A DNA stretch of 64,000 bases, taken from an uncultured Chloroflexia bacterium (GTDB lineage Bacteria; Chloroflexota; Anaerolineae; CG2-30-64-16). Below are positions 60,264 to 64,000 of this stretch, piece after piece. How positions within the stretch are numbered: the first letter of the stretch is position 1; every line of letters begins with the position of its first letter. The notes beneath the pieces are model-generated. The model was not told the DNA's origin. It made no database searches and worked only from the letters and a program-made list of their open reading frames with translations. The stretch covers positions 256,001 through 320,000 of the forward strand of contig CAVZDU010000006.1 of NCBI GenBank assembly GCA_963774265.1, given 5' to 3'. The translations under genes and the position numbers were made by a program.

Positions 60264-61978
60264 ACGCTCCGTTCCTCTTGACCACCGGCGCCTGCACGAA
60301 GATCGCCGTTCCTTGCCCCGGTGCGCTGGTCACATCCAGGCGACCGCCAATCTCCTCGAGCGCGCTGTCGCATGAAGCCCAGGCCGTAATGATCGTCCTC
60401 AGCGCCCAGGACCGCGTGCGGATCGAATCCTTTCCCGTCGTCACGTACGGTCAAGTGCAGACAATTGCCCTCGCAGGTGATCGTGAGGCTTGCCGAAGAG
60501 ACGCCGGCATGCCTTCGCACGTTGGCAAGAGATTCCTGGATGATGCGCAGAAGCTGGGCTTGTGTAGCCAGGTCAAGGTTGAGGTCGTTGGCCTGTGGCG
60601 GCATAGACACCTGAACGCCCAGGCCATGCAGCGAAGTGTACCGCTCCACATAATCGGCAACCGCGCTCCAAAAGCAGCTCCCCAGGCGCGTCGCCGTCCT
60701 GGATCCCAGCAAGAAGTCCCGAATTTCCTCGTGGGCATCCTGTGAGATTGCGAGGATGCTTCCCAGGTCTTCGTTGGCCTCATCAGGGCGATCCCGATCG
60801 AGCGCATCACGGGCAGCCTGGGCCTGCAGTTTAACGTACCCAAACGCTTGTGCCAGGCCATCATGCAACTCGCGTCCCACCCGTTCCCGCTCCTCCAGGC
60901 ACGCTAACGCAGCCCGCTGTCGCTCAACTTCGGCTTGCGCGGCCTTCATCTCAGTCACGTCATTCCAGATCACCACTTTTCCCAGACGGCCAGCAGTGGG
61001 ATCGACAAGCGGAGAGACACTGACGTCGAAGATATTTTTCGTCTGCCCTTCACCGATTGTGACTTCGGTGCGGCCCGTTCCGCCGTTGCAGGCAATCTGC
61101 TGAAGCTCAGGCCATGCGCTCAAAGCTAGCATCGCGTCCTGGCCGACTGTACTCCAACCCTCAACATGGAGCAAGCCCCTCGCCGCCGGATTCAAGTCCA
61201 CTACCCGATTCATCTCGTCAAGCACCATCACTCCGTTGCTCATTTGCTCGAAAAGAGCCTGGCGGTTGACCGGTGCCAGATCAAACGCTCGGAATCTGAA
61301 GATCGCGATGGCGACAATCAGCAGCCCGACTGAGCATAAGATGGACGAGATCGCAGAATCGGCAGTGACAAGAAGACGACTTTTTTCCGGTATGAAGCCG
61401 AGGGAGATAATTAGCCCGCCCACAGCGAGCATGGTGACCTGCCAGCGCAAGGCGCCATGCGCCCCCCTCCACAGCGAGAGAAGGATGGCCATGCACATCG
61501 ACGCGAGGACGCAGGCGTAAGACACGCCCAGGACGCCCGCGATACCCAACGTGCTCCGCAGCCCACCATCATCCCATAATCGCAACCAGACCAATCCGGT
61601 TGCTGCGTTCGTCGCGATTAAAGCGGTGAAGATCAAGAGCGGCAGTGAAAGCAGCACCCACATTCGGCGAGAGACCCGCGTTATCAGTCCTACGTAGTCT
61701 GCCGCGAGCCACAGCCCCACCAGACTGCTCCACGCAGCCAAAGCCATCCACGCCTGGTAAAAAAGAACCTTGAGAGGGAGGGTGTTAGCAGTAATTATCA
61801 GAATCTGCATGAGGAAAAGAAGGCAGAGCACAAGTAGGCAGGCGACGAACGGCGCACCTCCGCGTACGGACCGTCGCGGCCAAGTATAAGCGGCCAACAG
61901 CATGGCCACCCCAGTGACCACCAAATAGTGCCAAACCTGTGGTGACCAGGAAAAAGCTGGCATCACCGTCTCACCCAA
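60241..61978 (-). CDS. Sensor histidine kinase (7TM - PAS - HisKA_3 - HATPase) with a frameshift near 60361 in the last domain
   Basis: ERERVGRELHDGLAQ, QESLANVRRHA and DDGKGF; the C-terminus EEIGGRLDVTSAPGQGT is in the adjacent frame ending at 60241. Confidence 0.85.
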
Positions 61979-62368
61979 ACCCTCAGAAGGACCAGACCTG
62001 CCACACCCACTACGGACGAGGTAGCATCCTCACACCATTAGTAAATTCTGACACACTTTAGCATAGACGATTGCCTGAGTCAAATCTTCGCAGGGGAAAA
62101 TCCTTAAAGATTGCCAAACATGAGAAGTTGTGCAACGTAATTATTTGTTCGGATATGTTGAGGCGACAAAGATCGTTTATCGACAACCTAAACAGGAATA
62201 TTCACTTGCACCTTTGTCCCCCTGCCCGTCTGGCTCTCGACAATCACGGTCCCCCTACCAGGCTGTGTAGTCGCTGCGAGGACCACAAATGCCTGTATGT
62301 AGGGTCGGACACCCCGTTCTAGACACCTCGTCTCAATCTCTGAGTCTTCGACATGACCGCTGATCCGG

Positions 62369-62374
62369 TATAAT
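62369..62374 (+). promoter_or_regulatory. -10 box TATAAT 7 nt before the ATG of the pyrD-like gene (leaderless-type)
   Basis: TATAATagcggccATG. Confidence 0.55.
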
Positions 62375-62381
62375 AGCGGCC

Positions 62382-63213
62382 ATGATCGAATTGGCGCCCA
62401 ACAGCAAAACCGGCCTCAGCCTCCGCTCCCCCTTCCTGCTTGGCAGCGCCGCGGTGGGCTGGGGGGACGCGTGGCCGCCCGGTGTGGAGCCGGGATGGTT
62501 CGGAGCGCTCGTGACGCCTCCCCTCACGCTGCAGGGGCGGCGCGGGATGGCCGGACCGCGGCTGGCCGAGATCCCTGGCGGTTTCATCCTCAATACTGGC
62601 GATCATAACCCCGGATTGCGCCGCGTGCTGCGCGACGACGTGGTCACCTGGGACAGCCTGGGACTGCCGGTGATCGTGGCGCTTGCGGGCAGTGCACCGG
62701 ACGATTGGTTGCGGCTGGGCGAGCGGCTAGAGGAGATCGGGATCGCCGCGCTCGAGGCGCAACTGCCCGCGGGCGTGACCCCGCGCGAGGCCGGCGGGTG
62801 GATTGCCAACCTGAAACGGGGATGCCAGTTGCCGGTGCTGGCGAAGGTGCGCGCGACGAACGCCGTCCTCCTGGCCGAGGTCTGCCGCGGGTGCTGGCGC
62901 AGGTGCGCTGGTCGTGGCGACGCCGCCGCAGGCCGCTGCGCGGGCGCCCGGAGGAGCAATTGTCGAGGGCCCAGTCGGTGGACCGGCCGCGTTTCCGTTC
63001 ACATTGCGGGCGCTGCGGGTCGTGGCCGAGCTGAACCTTGGCCTGCCGCTGATCGCTGCCGGCGGGATTACGACGGAAGACGATGTGCAGATCTGCTGGG
63101 AAGTAGGCGCGGACGCGCTTCAGTTGCGAAGCGTGTTGTGGACCGCGCCGGCCATCGTGGGAACACTGACCGCCCTAAAGCACGATCCCGATCGCGATCG
63201 CGAGCGCATATAG
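62382..63213 (+). pseudogene. pyrD: Dihydroorotate dehydrogenase family-1-like protein with a frameshift near 62886 (possibly an assembly error)
   Basis: PRLAE, NPGL and LPVLAK, then GGPAAFP and LPLIAAGGI...GADALQL in the second frame; the usual NxSCPN catalytic motif is not evident. Confidence 0.65.
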
Positions 63214-64000
63214 CACCGCCAACTGTGCAGTCCCGCCAAGGGTCTTGTTCAGCGCCGGTCCCAGCACGGTGAACAGCGTCCACGCGTGGCGGATAGCCAG
63301 CGGCAGGGTGACAAAGGGCAGCAGCACGGTGATGCGCATCCCGTACCCCGACCACAACAGCAGAGGCACCGCGTAAGCCAGGCCAAGCATGATCAGGTAC
63401 TCGATGCGCGCGCCGCGGCGGCCCAGCACCACGGCTAGCGTCCGCTTTCCCGCGCGGCGGTCCGTGTCCGCGTCCCGCACGTTGTTGACTACCAGGATCG
63501 CGGTGACAAGTGCGCCCATGGGAATGGCGGCAAGCCACACGAGCGGCGGCGCGGCGTGGGCCTGAGTGTAGTATGTCCCGACAACCGCGATCAGGCCGAA
63601 GAAGATGAACGTGGCGACATCGCCCAATCCGTAGTAGCCGAACGGCAGAGGGCCGTAGGTGTAGGCGACCGCCGCGACCATCGAGAGGAGGCCGACCGCG
63701 AGGATCGGCCAGCCCCCGACGACGATCAGGTAAATCCCACAGATCGCGGCCAGCCCCAGGACGACGAGAATGCCGCGTTTGATGTCACCCTCACTGATCA
63801 GCCCCACGGTGGTCACCCGCAAGGGTCCCACACGCTCGGGCGTATCCGTCCCCTTCTTGAAGTCGCCCAGGTCATTGGCGAGGTTGGAGGCGATCTGAAG
63901 GAGCAGCGCGGCCAGGAGCGCGGCCAAGCTGGCAAAGGGGTCGAACGCACCGTCGCGGATGGCCAGCGCCGTCCCGACGACGACGGGCGCGACCGAAGCG
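63175..64000 (-). CDS. menA: 1,4-dihydroxy-2-naphthoate polyprenyltransferase (5' end outside window)
   Basis: NLANDLGDFKKGTD, YTYGP..GYYGLGD and NNVRDADTDRRAGKRTLAV motifs. Confidence 0.93.
   Translation of the reverse strand, partial: ASVAPVVVGTALAIRDGAFDPFASLAALLAALLLQIASNLANDLGDFKKGTDTPERVGPLRVTTVGLISEGDIKRGILVVLGLAAICGIYLIVVGGWPILAVGLLSMVAAVAYTYGPLPFGYYGLGDVATFIFFGLIAVVGTYYTQAHAAPPLVWLAAIPMGALVTAILVVNNVRDADTDRRAGKRTLAVVLGRRGARIEYLIMLGLAYAVPLLLWSGYGMRITVLLPFVTLPLAIRHAWTLFTVLGPALNKTLGGTAQLAVLYALAIAIGIVL

Larger units (their letters stand above)
4003..62000. other. ~58-kb surface polysaccharide/glycoconjugate locus with embedded NRPS-PKS and surface-protein genes
   Basis: Continuous run of glycan genes between the pyrK-like and pyrD-like genes; appears less GC-rich than the flanks by eye (not computed). 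Confidence 0.75.

Noticed and set aside
3980-62282. CTGCGAGG near the pyrK end and near 62275 as att or target-site repeats
   Set aside because: Only 8 bp in GC-rich DNA, expected by chance; no integrase present.
62071-62322. 83-aa ORF and imperfect hairpin in the AT-rich intergenic region
   Set aside because: No RBS or motif; more likely promoter DNA. No tRNA or known ncRNA fold recognisable by eye.

Overview
High-GC bacterial DNA, most consistent with Chloroflexota (Anaerolineae-like). This is inferred from Pro/Thr-linker lipoproteins, C-terminal LP[LV]I-tailed secreted proteins and leaderless-type promoters. Left flank: a sugar ABC-binding lipoprotein, a frameshifted GH100/invertase-like hydrolase, a complete single-ORF IS66 (16-bp IRs, 8-bp target duplication) and a pyrK-like gene. 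Right flank: a frameshifted pyrD-like gene and menA. The ~58 kb between pyrK and pyrD is one surface-glycan locus. It encodes three phosphoglycosyl transferases, two Wzx flippases, Wzy/O-ligase, a Wzz-like protein, several GT4s, two amino-sugar pathways and a NarL-type two-component system. The most unusual content is a minimal hybrid assembly line embedded in the glycan operon: a Ser-code C-A-T NRPS plus a malonyl KS-AT-ACP-TE PKS whose TE has Cys at the nucleophile position. It is co-oriented with a beta-keto-acid cleavage enzyme, a phosphatidylserine decarboxylase homologue, two ATP-grasp ligases, a GNAT, a deviant enolase and a histidine phosphatase, which may form an undescribed glycan-decoration pathway (inference). 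The locus also has two pairs of near-identical surface proteins differing mainly in short patches, twin 71-aa microproteins behind tandem consensus promoters, and a 24-bp hairpin present after only one duplicate copy. Several single-base frameshifts probably reflect assembly errors. All calls come from reading motifs by eye; no database searches were run.
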